Shown in pieces: positions 1 to 12,300 of a stretch of 64,000 bases of DNA. Numbering within the stretch: position 1 is the stretch's first letter; every line of letters starts with the position of its first letter. A program made the position numbers and the translations under genes. Origin of the DNA: Zootoca vivipara. Taxonomy: Eukaryota. Location of the stretch: the NCBI RefSeq assembly GCF_963506605.1, contig NC_083291.1, positions 13,454,001 through 13,518,000 of the forward strand, written 5' to 3'. The notes beneath the pieces were generated by a model, which was given only the letters and a program-made list of their open reading frames with translations, searched no databases and was not told the origin of the DNA.

Positions 1-38
1 TTATTATTGTTGTTGTTGTTGTTAGCGGTGAATTTTAT

Positions 39-187
39 CAGGCCTGGCTCTAGGGGTAGTCTCGGTGGCGCAGGGGCCAGGGCGCCAGGCTGGCAGGAGG
101 GCGCTGCGCCCGCCCACCAGGGCGGGGGCGCCGGAGCGATCTCCACGCCACGGTGCCACAGCGCCCAATCGGCTTGAGACGGCCCTG
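39..187. mobile_element. GC-rich non-autonomous hAT-type MITE
   Basis: Termini CAGGCCTGGCTC...GAGACGGCCCTG; perfect 8-bp TSD AATTTTAT at 31-38 and 188-195; related copy at 19248-19399. Confidence 0.85.
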
Positions 188-235
188 AATTTTATTGTTT
201 TCTGTGCACTGCTTAGGGTCATTTAAAAAGACCTT

Positions 236-589
236 AGGTAAAGGTAAAGGGACCCCTGACCATTAGGTCCAGTCGTGACCGACTCTGGGGTTGCAGCGCT
301 CATCTCGCGTTATTGGCCAAGGGAGCCGGCATACAGCTTCCAGGTCATGTGGCCAGCATGACCGACCCACTTCTGGTGAACCAGAGCAGCACACAGAAAC
401 GCCATTTACCTTCCCGCTGTAGCGGTACCTATTTATCTACTTGCACTTTGACATGTTTTCCAACTGCTAGGTTGGCAGGAGCTGGGACCGAGCAACGGGA
501 GCTCACCCCGTCGCGGGGGTTCAAACTGCTGACCTTCTGATCGGCAAGCCCTAGGCTCTGTGGTTTAACCCACAGTGCCACCCGCGTCC
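236..589 (-). mobile_element. Sauria SINE (subfamily A)
   Basis: Reverse (ACCTTT)n tail AGGTAAAGGTAAAGG at left, reverse of GGACGCGGGTGGCACTGTGG head at right; near-identical body to 39682-40031. Confidence 0.92.
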
Positions 590-1665
590 TGAAAAATATC
601 TTAAGTGGCATACAAAATGTTTTAAATAATAAAAAAATGATGTCTAGTCTCGCAATGCCTGAAAAACAGCCCAGATATTAAGACAGCAGTAGAAAGAACC
701 TGAAGTATTAAATGTAACAGAGCATGTGTTAAGTACCGGTAATATGTTCAATATACCTTAATTACTAAGGTAACCACAACAGTTGAAGCAGAGACTGAAA
801 GTACTTGCTTCTTTTTTGTGAATTGGAAATCTTGTTCCCTTTAAAGTTTGGCGTTATTACAGCTTGGAAGAAGGAAAGTCCTTGTATTTCTTGCCCTATA
901 TTTTTCTACAAAACCCATTAAATGGCCCATTGGGTTAAATGTGTGTTTGGTGACTTTCAGATGGGATTATTTACGCTCTTGCCCCTAGTGGTTTGAGAGG
1001 AGCTATTAACACCCTTTATAGCTGGTCGAGATTGAAAATTTGGGGAGGGGGCCTTCAAGATTCCAGCTGGTCGCAACTGAGAAATGACCTTCCAGGCCCA
1101 AATACTTTATTTTTGAACTGTCACTGTCTACGGTGTAAATCCATTCTAAGGAAGGACTCGACGTTTGTGTTCCGAGTTTCAGAGTGGAGTGATTTTTACT
1201 GCTGAGCTATAAACCCTGAAAAATAAGAGAGTGTAATGGAAAAGAACAGTATAGGAACCATCAATGTATCCTAGCTTGGCAGTCATTCATCAGCTGCCCA
1301 TTTCTTCAACTTTCCAGAAATAATCAAGCTGTTGAAAATGACTTGAATTCTTTCCCATCCCACATTATACTGTCCTCTGTGCAAAAGAGGGAGTAGTTGG
1401 AAGAACACAAAAGGGGGTGGGGAGCCACCTATATCAAGCTCTTCCATGTGGAATGATGGGTGGATATCCCCCTACTCTAGTTTGATTGTTAATTAATCCA
1501 AGATTTGGATTTGTTTGTTATTTAATTCATTAAGAATCAGCCTTTGTGCTCCTTCATATACCAGTGTTGTTGCTCAGCATAAAAAGTGGCAGGAAGGCCT
1601 CTTAGAAAATCAAACCAATTTTGACCGTCGTGTCCAAAATGCCCCACCTCCAAACTGAACACACT

Positions 1666-2016
1666 CACATACCCTTCAACATTTCTCTGATGAAAATAGG
1701 GATGTCCTATTCAATAGTGCTGGTGATGATGATGATGATGTTTATACTCCGCCCATCTGACTGAGTTGCCCCAACCACTCTGGGTGGCTTCCAACCAACA
1801 TAAATAAAAACATAATAAAATGTTAAGCATTTAAAAAAAACAATACAAGGCTTACTTCAGATGTCTTCTAAAGGTTGTATAGTTTCTTATCTCCTTGGCT
1901 CGGGGGTTGCATAACTCCATACCCTCCAACATTTCTCCAGTGAAAACAGGGACATCCTAAGGAAAAGAGGGACATTCCATGATCAAATCAGAAACCGGGT
2001 CAGCTTCTGTAAATCC
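1666..2016. mobile_element. Composite DNA-transposon-like repeat (CATACCCTCCAACATTTC...GGGAC modules) containing an antisense L2 3' end
   Basis: Collinear with 35907-36563; internal TTTATACTCCGCCCATCTG...CACTCTGGGTGGCTTCCA matches the reverse of the L2 tail at 25845-25895. Confidence 0.7.
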
Positions 2017-3054
2017 GTGTGGACTCCTGTATTTGGGATGTGGATGTAAATCCTGTGCATAAACTTAAGGGCATTGAAAGAGAGGCCAAATGTATTCATT
2101 GTGGCTCCTTGAAATGTAACAACGTTAAGTGCATCTTGGGTATATAGGAAATGTAATATTAAGACTAGCATCATTCCTTCTCGATGCTGGAAGAAGCTCT
2201 TTTGCAGGTATCAAGATCAAAGTGGTTTCGCTGCCATAATGCAGCATAGCAGGTGCTTCAGATAAATCATTTTCGGTGTATTAATGCACCTATATAAATC
2301 AAGGAGCCTACATGATTTGATAACTCCTTGGCAGAATAAATAAGATATTTTTTGGTACTCGCGCAAATAACTCTTCAAGGTCTTTGTGTCTGGAGCATTT
2401 AGCAGCATTGTGTCTCCAGAGAGATGATCTCATAGGTATAAAGTGCATTTCATCTGATTGTGAGGCACTATTATGTACAGATAAGCATATCCTCCTCCTC
2501 TCTGCATAATAAGGATGTCGCACGGAGGCTTCCAACAAACTGCCGTTTGGACACGGTCCTCTCGACAATAGCTTCAACAGCTATTTTAAGAGGAGGCTTC
2601 ACATTTGCTTTGACTCCCGTCAATGCAAGCGGTCAGTTGGATGGTTGGGAAAGGCTGGCAAATGAGGGATCATCAGCAATTGCTGCTTCTTAATTGGATT
2701 TTGTGTTACCTCAAGCAGAAGCAGAAGGTAAATCTTGAAATATGAGCTGTTTTAGTGTCATCCATCCATATGCATCTGTGTTGTATGTGCAATGTCACGG
2801 CCTGAGGGAATCAAAGTAACCGAGTTCATTCTGCCCTGCGCAACCCCAGATATACTGAGAGAGGGGGACAGGTAGATTGCTTAGCTGCACACAACACAAC
2901 AACTTTCTCTTGCCTCACCCCTTTTATCGGATTTGCTGTTCCATTTCCCAACCGCCAATATTTATTTGGCATATTTTTCTCCATCAACTGTGCTCTTTTA
3001 TTTGCCCATTCTCATTTGTGAGGCATTTCCTCTTTCAGATGAACTATTTAAAAG

Positions 3055-3639
3055 TAGGGGTGGAAAGATCTGTCAATTTCAGTTCTCTTTGTCTTTCAAT
3101 CTTAATTTCTGTTCTCTACATTTCTGCCTCAATTTGCATTTTTTTTAAAAAAAAATCCCTCATGAATATTCCTCACTATCTTAGTCAGTGCTTTTTTTCT
3201 GGGGGTACGCAGGGGTACGCATATGCCTAAACATTTTGTGAATCTAATTTTGGCCTCATTGAGGGGCAGTATTTCAATATGAGTAGGAAAATGAGAGTAC
3301 CCCTAAACATGTATTAACAAAAAAGCAATGATCTTAGTGCATTTTTTCCCTAATAAATATTATATACAGTTTTGTTACACATTTTTGTAAGCAATTTCAC
3401 TTAATACAAAACATTTTTGCAGGTTTTTTTAAATTAAAAAAATCATTTTTATGCATCCGGTTCCCTAATCTGTGCATTTTTGGTATCATTGTGTGGTTTG
3501 GAGAACTGTATCGTGAAATTTGAATTAGTACAAATTTCAAAGGATAGCTGGGATTTAGTTCTCATAGTGTTCTGGAATATGCAAATATGGTAACTTCCGC
3601 TTCAAATGCAAACCATATCAAATTTCTCCACCATCCCTG
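3055..3639. mobile_element. Old AT-rich non-autonomous DNA element (TAGGG(A/G)TGG...CCATCCCT termini)
   Basis: Terminal inverted repeats; inverted homolog at 29321-29726 and partial homolog near 45065-45400. Confidence 0.6.
3186..3330. mobile_element. hAT MITE nested in older DNA element
   Basis: TIR CAGTGCTTTTTT...AAAAAAGCAATG; perfect 8-bp TSD ATCTTAGT at 3178-3185 and 3331-3338. Confidence 0.85.
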
Positions 3640-5461
3640 TTTAGACACAGCATTATAGAGAAGGGGTGGTCGTAAGGTACTATGTTAAGTACTGTCCTCT
3701 TTTTCATGGTGCTATTCAACCATCATTCTCAACTCCACAATTACTGTAAGGCTTAACGCTTTCCAAATCACATGTGGGATCTACACCTCTTTTCTTCCTA
3801 TTGTTGGAACAGCACTGCCAGGCAGACAAAAGAACTCTGGCAGAGTCCTAGAATTCTATGCTGCGACTGCATTCTGTGTGCTTCTTTTTTGGGAAAAATA
3901 TTGTGAGGGAAAAGTTTCCATCTACACTGTTATAATAGGGGCAGAAGTTCAATATCAGCTGTGCTGTGAGAACCTTCACTGAGATGAGCTTCTTGGCAAT
4001 TGTTTTATCATCTCAGGCTTGTACATACAAGCTACTCACTGGTCACATTGTGGGCAGGTAGAATTGCTTCCAGGTGACCAGGTTAGGAAGTTTGGTTCTT
4101 TTGTTTCTTTCGAACCACAGCTGGCTGATATATTTGTGTACAAGCTACTGGAAAAAAATTAGAGGCTAAAAATGTATGTGAGCTTATTTGCAATCCTGCA
4201 TTAACATCATTCTGACTTTCCTGCACTGATGAGATGAAATTTCCTTTTAACAGTATCCATGTGTGTTCAGGAAGTGTTCAGTGTCCTATTCAGACAATCA
4301 GGGACTCCTATGTGCTCACCAACAACTGCCCCTGTTGATAATTATTGCTGTAGTTATTACAAAGTGTTCAAAAAGAAGGAACTGCAACAAATTCTCCTAA
4401 AATGCATTTTATTTGCAATTTAATTTTTAAATCAATCCATATGTCGGTCTTAAACTTTGTTAGAAATCTTCTCCCAACCACCCCTCACCCACATTACCCA
4501 AATGACATTTCTTTGCTTCCAAAATCTGATGTGGCAATACTGCTGAGTCCTGCATCATATAACAACGTGTAACTTGATATAGTTTGGGCTATTGTGTTCC
4601 TGTTGTTTGGGTGTTTTTTTTACCTAGGGAAAGAGAGACAATGAATTTGTGAAAAATTCAGGAACAAGCGAGTCAGGGGCTAGGAAAAGCTGTAGAGCCA
4701 CTATGTAGGATGTTGACCTTATTGAAGCATCTTACCTGATGCATCTTGGCTAACAATATTTCATGCATCACGATCTTCTATAGGTAGGAAACTGAAGGAC
4801 AGTGACTTGCCCAAACCAGTAATGGCTGAGTTGGGATTTGATTCCATTATTTTCTGGTTCAGAAGCCTTTGGGTTCTAGCGATTTTCACTGGAAGGTTGT
4901 ATTTTAAAACCTGTAAGTTAGGAGAGCTTCCGAGAGTTTCATTGTGTCCCAAATCTCTAGAGGAATGGTGGTGATTAAACATAGTTGTTTTCCCCCCTCT
5001 TCCTAACATTCTTGAATAGACTCTATTACCTACACACACTGCCATAGTTGAGGATAAATTGCCTCACTAAGCTCTATTATTCTGCGGAATCGTAAGAATA
5101 ACAAGCTGAGACACTGATGAACTCAGGAAAAATATGAATAATACATTATTGCTCACACTGAATCAACAGCATGATGACTGAATGACACCAAAGAGATAAA
5201 ACTTGAGGTAACTGAATGAGCTTCTGGGTAGTTCTGTGAAAGTGGGGCTACATGGGAATACAAAAATGAGTGCTGCGAGGCATTGGGGAAACAAGGGGGT
5301 CTACCCCAAACTGGTTTTTGAGAAGGGAGAAGAGCATTTAATCCACATTTTGTTGAGCTATCAGATAAGAAACAGGGAAAGGGAGAGAGACTTACAACTC
5401 TTAGAAATGTTAGTAACAGTTGCATTTGGACTGTTGTCTCTCAGCTTAATTTTTTAATATA

Positions 5462-5671
5462 CAGTGGTACCTCGGGTTACAAACACCTTGGGTTACAGAC
5501 TCCGCTAACCCAGAAGTAGTACCTCAGGTTAAGAACTTTACCTCAGGATGAGAACAGAAATTGTGGCAGTGGGAGACCCCATTAGCTAAAGTGGTAGCTC
5601 AGGTTAAGAACGGTTTCAGGTTAAGACCGGACCTCCGGAACGAATTAAGTTCGTAACCAGAGGTACCACTG
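5462..5671. mobile_element. Tc1/mariner-pogo (Tigger-like) MITE
   Basis: TIR CAGTGGTACCTC...GAGGTACCACTG with TA TSD; same family at 9587, 17338, 56208. Confidence 0.9.
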
Positions 5672-6092
5672 TATTTAATTTATTAATTAAATTCATATCC
5701 TGCGCTTCCTCCCCAAGGAGCCCATGGTGAGATATGAACAAACATCTTTCTGGCACACACAGTCCTTGCTTGTCTCTCTTTGCAGGAAGCACAGTTAAAC
5801 CAGGAGGTCCCTTTATTACACATAGTTTCCCATTTCATCATAACAGGGAAACTGTGGTTACCAGCTTTGGAACAAGTCTAGGAATTAAACCAACTGAAGC
5901 CGGTAAACCATAGTTGCCTGGTTGGAATGAAACATTGAAACTCGGGTTAATTAGAGACTTCCTGGTTTAACTGAGATTCACATGGAAAAGGGACTCCACG
6001 CATAAGCAACATTCTTGTTAGGAAGCTCCCTTATATTATTCCTGTAAACCGCTTTGAGGTTGTCGGTTTTTGTTACAATCAAGTTGGATATA

Positions 6093-6388
6093 TTCGGCTG
6101 ATCGCCGAAGAATTGATGCTTTTGAATTATGGTGCTGGAGGAGACTCTTGAGAGTCCCATGGACTGCAAGAAGATCAAACCTCCAATACTTTAGCCACCT
6201 CATGAGAAGAGAAGACTCCCTGGAAAAGACCCTGATGTTGGGAAAGATTGAGGGCACTAGGAGAAGGGGACGACAGAGGACGAGATGGTTGGACAGTGTT
6301 CTCGAAGCTACCAACATGAGTCTGACCAAACTGCGGGAGGCAGTGCTATGGTCCATGGGGTCACGAAGAGTCGGAAACGACTAAACCA
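6093..6388 (+). mobile_element. Bov-B (RTE) LINE 3' fragment
   Basis: Translation RRIDAFELWCWRRLLRVPWTARRSN...YFSHLMRREDSLEKTLMLGKIEGTRRRGRQRTRWLD; internal deletions; GACTAAAC 3' end. Confidence 0.92.
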
Positions 6389-6419
6389 CAAATATATCTT
6401 GTGAAATAAATAAATACAG

Positions 6420-6560
6420 AATCAGATCCTTGGTCCATCTACCTCAGCAATGTCAATGCTTACTGGCAGTGACTCTCCAGGATTTCAGGCTAGGAGATGC
6501 TGAGGATAAAACCTGAATATTCTGCATGCAAAATGTAGCTTCTACTGATCTGCAACCACT
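6420..6560 (-). mobile_element. Degenerate tRNA-derived squamate SINE fragment
   Basis: Reverse similarity to 26105-26270 (TGCATGCAAAA, GGAGATGC, CTGGCAGTGACTCTCCAGG). Confidence 0.5.
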
Positions 6561-7595
6561 TCAGCCTTGTTCATAGCTCACCTGATTAAACTGAGCTATG
6601 ATTGTCTAAATAGGGCCATGGTTATGTGTATGAGAGAGCCCAAGTACTATTTTTCCGATCAGGTTTTCAACTTAAAAACCCTGTGAGAGATCGATGACTG
6701 TTTCGTGGGAGGTCTACAGAGATAGCAATTCCCTGTAGGCCTTATTCTGTGACATCATGGTGGACTATATTTATTGCCATGGTGTGTTCCCCATATACTT
6801 GCCAAGAAAGAAAAAAATATTATCAGGCCTAAGTCAGAGAGACAATGCAATACTGAAAGCCATGTTTGACTAGATAACCAAAGCACAAAAACACCTTTTA
6901 AAAAAGTTTTTGGCTTAAGTACATGAGAATTATCTTGCTGAGCCAGACTGAAGGTCCTTCTAACCAGGTATTCTTTCCTGGCTATTGGCAGGCTGATATT
7001 ATAGGAAATTCGCAAGGGAGGGCATAGTGTAACAGACTTAACAGGATCTGGAGATCAGAGGCCTCTAATCATACAGCCTGTTCTCATCTGGAAAGTGCCA
7101 CAATGTGAGAAACTCATTTCACATTTTACTTTCTATTATGCGATTGCTGGAGAGTATCCTTCTACCTTAGCAGACACTTTGGGATTATGGGAAGGTTCTC
7201 ACGAAATATGAACACAAGCCTTCTACCACACTTTACAACATGCGAGGGGAAACAGACCCATTTGCCTCTTCTGTTTTTGCGACATGTAATGTGCAAACAA
7301 ATGGCTTGGGTTGTAGCCACACCATATGAAGTGATGATTTTGAACTTTATGATAGCAGTAGGGGGACCTACATCCTGCTGCTCTCAAGGGACACTCTCTA
7401 AATTGAGAAACTCAAACAAATGTGGGGTGTTGCTCTGTTTTAACATGAGAGGGAAGGTGTAGCCGTATTTCCCACTATTGGATGGGAGGAAAGTTACTAG
7501 TAAACCATATGGCAACAGACATAGAATGGCTTCTTATACTTCTGTCACCAGGGGAATTTTGTGGACAGCTCCAGTGCTGAAATTGGACTGGAATA

Positions 7596-7841
7596 AAGGT
7601 AAAGGGACCCCTGACTGTTAGGTCCAGTCACAGACGATTCTGGGGTTGCAGCATTCATCCCGCTTTACTGGCCAAGGGAGCTGGTGTACAGCTTCCGGGT
7701 CATGTGGCTAGCATGACTAAGCCGCTTCTGGCGAACCAGAGCAGCAATGGGAGCTAACCCCGTTGCGGGGCTTCAAACCGCCGACCTTCTGATTGGCAAG
7801 CCCTAGGCTCTGTGGTTTAGACCACAGCACCACCCGCATCC
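7596..7841 (-). mobile_element. Sauria SINE (subfamily A), internally deleted
   Basis: AAAGGTAAAGGGACCCC tail; degenerate TSD TTGGACTGGAATA / TTTGACTGCAATA. Confidence 0.9.
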
Positions 7842-9344
7842 CTTTGACTGCAATAGTCAGCCACAAAGTACCAGAAACACATTTAACCCATACAGTATTC
7901 TGTTTTGGATACTAGTACAATGTTATGGAATACGCAGAAGAATAGGGCCTAGATTCCACCAAAGGAGAGATATGTAGAACCTTGGAATAAGCTATGGCGT
8001 AGGTTTGCCATTTGAATTTTGTGTAAGTGAAACTGCCTTACATGACAAGTATAGATTATATCCAAATAAGTTGTCCCATTAGCACAGGGATTTCCATCCT
8101 TGTAAGAAGACTTCCTCTCTATTTTCCATCCTCATTAGTCCTTGTGCTAATGCGACAATTTCATTGGCTACAACCGTATATATCTGAATCAGCTCTGGCT
8201 TCTTCCATTTCTTGAGAAAAACTAGGCAGTTGGCTATTTCAGGTTGTAATCCTAAAATTGCTTGGAAGCAATTCCTGTTGAAATTAATGGGTGTATTTCT
8301 GCTATTTTATCATTTCACTTTTCAAAAGCTCTGTGTATATATCTTTAGATATTTGACATCTGAAGAGGAAGTGATGAATTAAAAGGCCAGTTATCCTTGT
8401 GGTGAGTCCATCAGTATAGAGATGATTCCATCTGTAAGTCAGAGAAAGTATGTACAGAACTGTTCTTGGAGATTTGCAGTACTGACACTTCCTCACCATT
8501 GAGGTTTGGTAGAGCATTTTCCAGAACCACCATAGGACCAATATTGACACTGACAATCTCAAATTGTTTTAATTATAATCCCAAGGAGTGGTTCTCTTTC
8601 TGGCTTTGGCCGTGAAAATCGATTCCCTCCAAATTGATTCCCAAAGGCTTGTTTGTAATGCTTGCCATTGACTGGAGCTTAAGGCTCGTGTGTTTGATGC
8701 TTACACACACACAGGCAAGAAATGTAACATCAAGCATACTCATTCTTTCAAATGCAGATGTGTTCCTTGTTTTCGCTGCTGTTTTCTGAACATTACCTCA
8801 CCTGTTGGTCTTACCTGCCCCAAAACCATTATGTGTCTGCTGGTGGTGAAGCAGCTGTGATAGTTCCTGGAAATGGAACTTCCCCTGTAGTGATACTTTC
8901 TGGAATACTGTGTCACCATGAATGCTTGGCACCATTACATCATGCTCCCATGCTACCTACAGGAATTGTACAGCACCAAAGCTGTGTGGTATGCCCCAGG
9001 GGCCTAAGAGTTGGTTTGCTGATTGCTTCACTGGTTGGAAGGACTCTGCCTGGTCAAGGACACCTATATTAAATTGCAGGTTGGCATTTATGGCTGTCAT
9101 GGCTAAGAGGATAAAATAATAATAATGGTGCAGGTCGTAGGTTGATTCGGAAAGTCCAATAGTTCTGTCCTCAAAGGGTTAATTGGAGAGGGAGCCCCCA
9201 TTCAGGACTAGCCACTGTTTATTTTTCATGCAAGCTAGTGTTTCACTTGAGCACTAATTGTACCTGATGGAGCCATTATGATGTAGAAAGAGAAGCCAGT
9301 CACTAACTCCCCCCCAGTGGTTAATTACAAAGATGACGTAGTAC

Positions 9345-9540
9345 CAGTGCTTTTTCCTCCCCTAGAAAAATAGATGCCCTGTACTCACCATGAAGTTTTT
9401 ACAGTAAGTGCCATACTTTTTAACAACAACAAAAACCAGAGGTGCCGGTACTGCATAGTACCCAAATATTTCTACCACAAAAGACCTCTTGGTGTGTGAG
9501 TGTGGGTGTGTTTTTTAAAATAAAAAACCCAAGGGCACAG
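9345..9540. mobile_element. Degenerate hAT-type MITE
   Basis: Starts CAGTGCTTTTT like 3186 and 14162; right end degraded. Confidence 0.5.
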
Positions 9541-9586
9541 ACACTATTGAGAGCAAACAAGAGCATATTCAATACTAATGGTATTA

Positions 9587-9828
9587 CAGTGGTATCCCGG
9601 CTTACAAACACTTCGGGTTACAAACGCTTCAGGTTACAGACTCCACTAACCCGGAAGTAGTAGCTTGGGTTAAGAACTTTACCTCAGGATGAGAACAGAA
9701 ATCGCACGCCAGCGGAGCAGCAGCAGGAGGAGGCCCCATCAGCTAAAGTGGTACCTCAGGTTAAGAACAGTTTCAGGTTAAGAGCGGACCTCCGGAACGA
9801 ATGAAGTTCTTAACCAGAGCTACCACTG
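9587..9828. mobile_element. Tigger-like MITE
   Basis: TA|CAGTGGTA...TACCACTG|TA; body collinear with 5462-5671. Confidence 0.9.
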
Positions 9829-11295
9829 TAGTTAAATTCACGAGCACCTTAGGTTCCTGTACCTAGAAAATCCAGAGCAGGTGACATCATTTGTGTTCTG
9901 CTTTGTGAACTGACATATCTGCTGCTGCTCGCAATGAGCCTCGTGTGGTTTGGCATGCCTAGAAGCCTTGTTTTCCGACCGCAATAGATTTCTCCAAAAA
10001 CAGAATCAAATGTGCTGCACTTGTCAAAATGCCTGCAACTTTATCCAAAAGGCACTTTTTAAAAAGTTTGCCCAGCGTTTGTCCACTTATCGAGTTTGCA
10101 AGCTATGGTTCTTCTTCTTGTTGTTGTTGTTGTGTTTTTTTCAGTAGTGGTTGTTGGAGCACAGGTAGGGCTCCATTGGCTTCCCAGCACAATGGGTCAC
10201 TGATGCTAACTGAAAGCGGAGAGGCAAGGCACAGGGAGCTTGAGGTGGTGTGACATGCGATAATACAGCAAATCCAACACTCCTTCCGCCATGTGCCACA
10301 CCACACCAAGCTGACCCCTCGGTAAAAATCACCTGCATGTTCCCACTTCGTTGCTCAATGATAGCATGCTGCTTTGTGCTTGCCACACAAGGGCAAGGTC
10401 CTCTCCCCTCTCCCTCTCAGCAATCACCAATGATTGACTGTGTCAGGACGCCGAGAGAGCCCCACCCATGCCACTACTATTTCTTTGCCGTTGTTGATGC
10501 TTCCGCATTGTCGTTGTTGTATTACGATCTGCTTCTATATTTAAACTTTGCTTGAACAAGCAGCAGTGCACACAATTCCCTTGGCACAATGTTATCTTCT
10601 CATACAGCCTAGTCATCTATTCTCCCTTTCTCCCTTTCTCTCTCTCTCACACACACAATCACACACAGCATTTGGCGCATTCTGCTCCTTTCCCCCACTC
10701 AATCATCACTAGGAACACCAGGGAATCTTCTCTAACTTGCAGTGATTAGTGGCAGAGAGATATGTCTTGAATTCCGATCAGTGTGCAGGAAAATATGCAC
10801 AGGGTCCTTTATTTCCCACTAACTCCCTCCTTGAGCATGCAGAGAAGGGACAGGGCACCCTCAGTTCTCTCCCCACCCAGCCATGCTCAAAACACCAGGG
10901 GTCTTTGTGGCATATGAAACAATATGCCAACTTGCATCCTGTTACTGGGTAAGCTGGGGCCAGTCGCTACCATTAATTTATTGAGGTTACCTTCAGTTTC
11001 CATTATCCAAAAGGAGCTGTGTACTATGTCACCATCAGCCTGTCACTACCCGCCTTCCACAGCCACAGGGGAGAACAGAGAGGGGGGGGAGAGGGAGAGG
11101 GAGGGAGATGGGAAGCAAGAGGAGAGATATTTTAAACACATTTCCTTCAGCTCTACAATTTGTCCCAAACCAGTGCAGTAAACTCCCATAGCTCCTACGT
11201 TAGTTATTGTGGATGTGAAAACAGAGGGCATAGAACTGTAGCACTGTAAGGTATCCCCAAGAGTCAACTGGACCACCCCACCCCCCTTACTATGC

Positions 11296-11537
11296 AGAAT
11301 CCCTGACAGATTATCTAATCTCTCTTTAAAAACTTCCAATGGAAGAGAGTCCACCTTCTGAAGTAATCCATTCCACTGCCAAACAGCTCTTAGCATCAAA
11401 ACGTTTTCCCTAATGCTTATTTGGAATCACCTTTCTTGTAATTTGAATTGATTGGTTCAGGTCCTACCCTCCAGAGCACGAGAAAACAAGCTTGCTTCAA
11501 CTTGCATGTGGCAGCCCTTCAGATATTTGAAGATGAC
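11296..11537 (-). mobile_element. CR1 LINE 3'-proximal fragment
   Basis: Minus-strand RAVWQWNGLLQKVDSLPLEVFKERLDNLSGIL matches the CR1 C-terminus encoded at 53254-53721. Confidence 0.8.
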
Positions 11538-11728
11538 ATGGGGCAGTGGCCAAGCTGTCACATTCCCTGGTACCCAAATACTTTAATAGAATCATCCCTC
11601 AGGAGCCACCACTATAAAGCCCATGCAGTGGCTTGCAGAAATACAACCAGTCTCATATTTTTTTAATACTGTTTTTATTTATTTTCATGGTACAGAAGAT
11701 AAATTTTGAGAAAACAACTGTTACAACA

Positions 11729-11729
<1 letters not shown>

Positions 11730-11775
<46 letters not shown>

Positions 11776-12300
11776 TTTATTTATACCCCGCCCTTCCCAG
11801 TCAAGACCGGGCTCAGGGCGTTTAACAACAAAAATATCAAAGCAAGCATAAAAGAAACAATTCAATTAAAATACAGATTAAATACAATGTTAAAATTCCA
11901 TTTTTAAATTAGGAATCTACAAGTGGAACCTCATTTAAATATCTGTAGGATAAAACCTATGGGGAGGGTAACACCGGGGTCAGACTGGGTCAATCCAAAG
12001 GACAAGCAGAACAGCTCCGTCTTGCAGGCCCTACGGAAAGATGACAACTCCTGCTGGGCCCTAGTCTCCTGAGAGAGAGCGTTCCACCAGGTCAGGGTTA
12101 GTACTGAGAAGTCCCTAGTCCTGGTTGAGGCCAGTCTAACCACCTTGTGACTCGGGATCTCCAGTATGTTATTATTTGTGGACCTTAATGTCCTCTGCGG
12201 GGCATACCGGGAGAGGCGGTCCTGTAGGTACGAGGGTCCTAAGCCGCATAAGGTTTTAAAGGTCAAAACCAGCACCTTAAACCTGACCCTGTACTCCACT
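11730..12300 (-). mobile_element. L2-clade LINE 3' fragment with (TTA)n tail
   Basis: ORF 11931-12332(-) RVRFKVLVLTFK...RDFSVLTLTWWNALSQE...FRRACKTELF; (TAA)n at 11730-11775. Confidence 0.85.

Noticed and set aside
978-993. CTCF site (reverse CCACTAGGGGCA)
   Set aside because: One G short of the core consensus and no other support.
11633-11865. Poly-Ile ORFs
   Set aside because: Translation of the (TAA)n tail of an L2.
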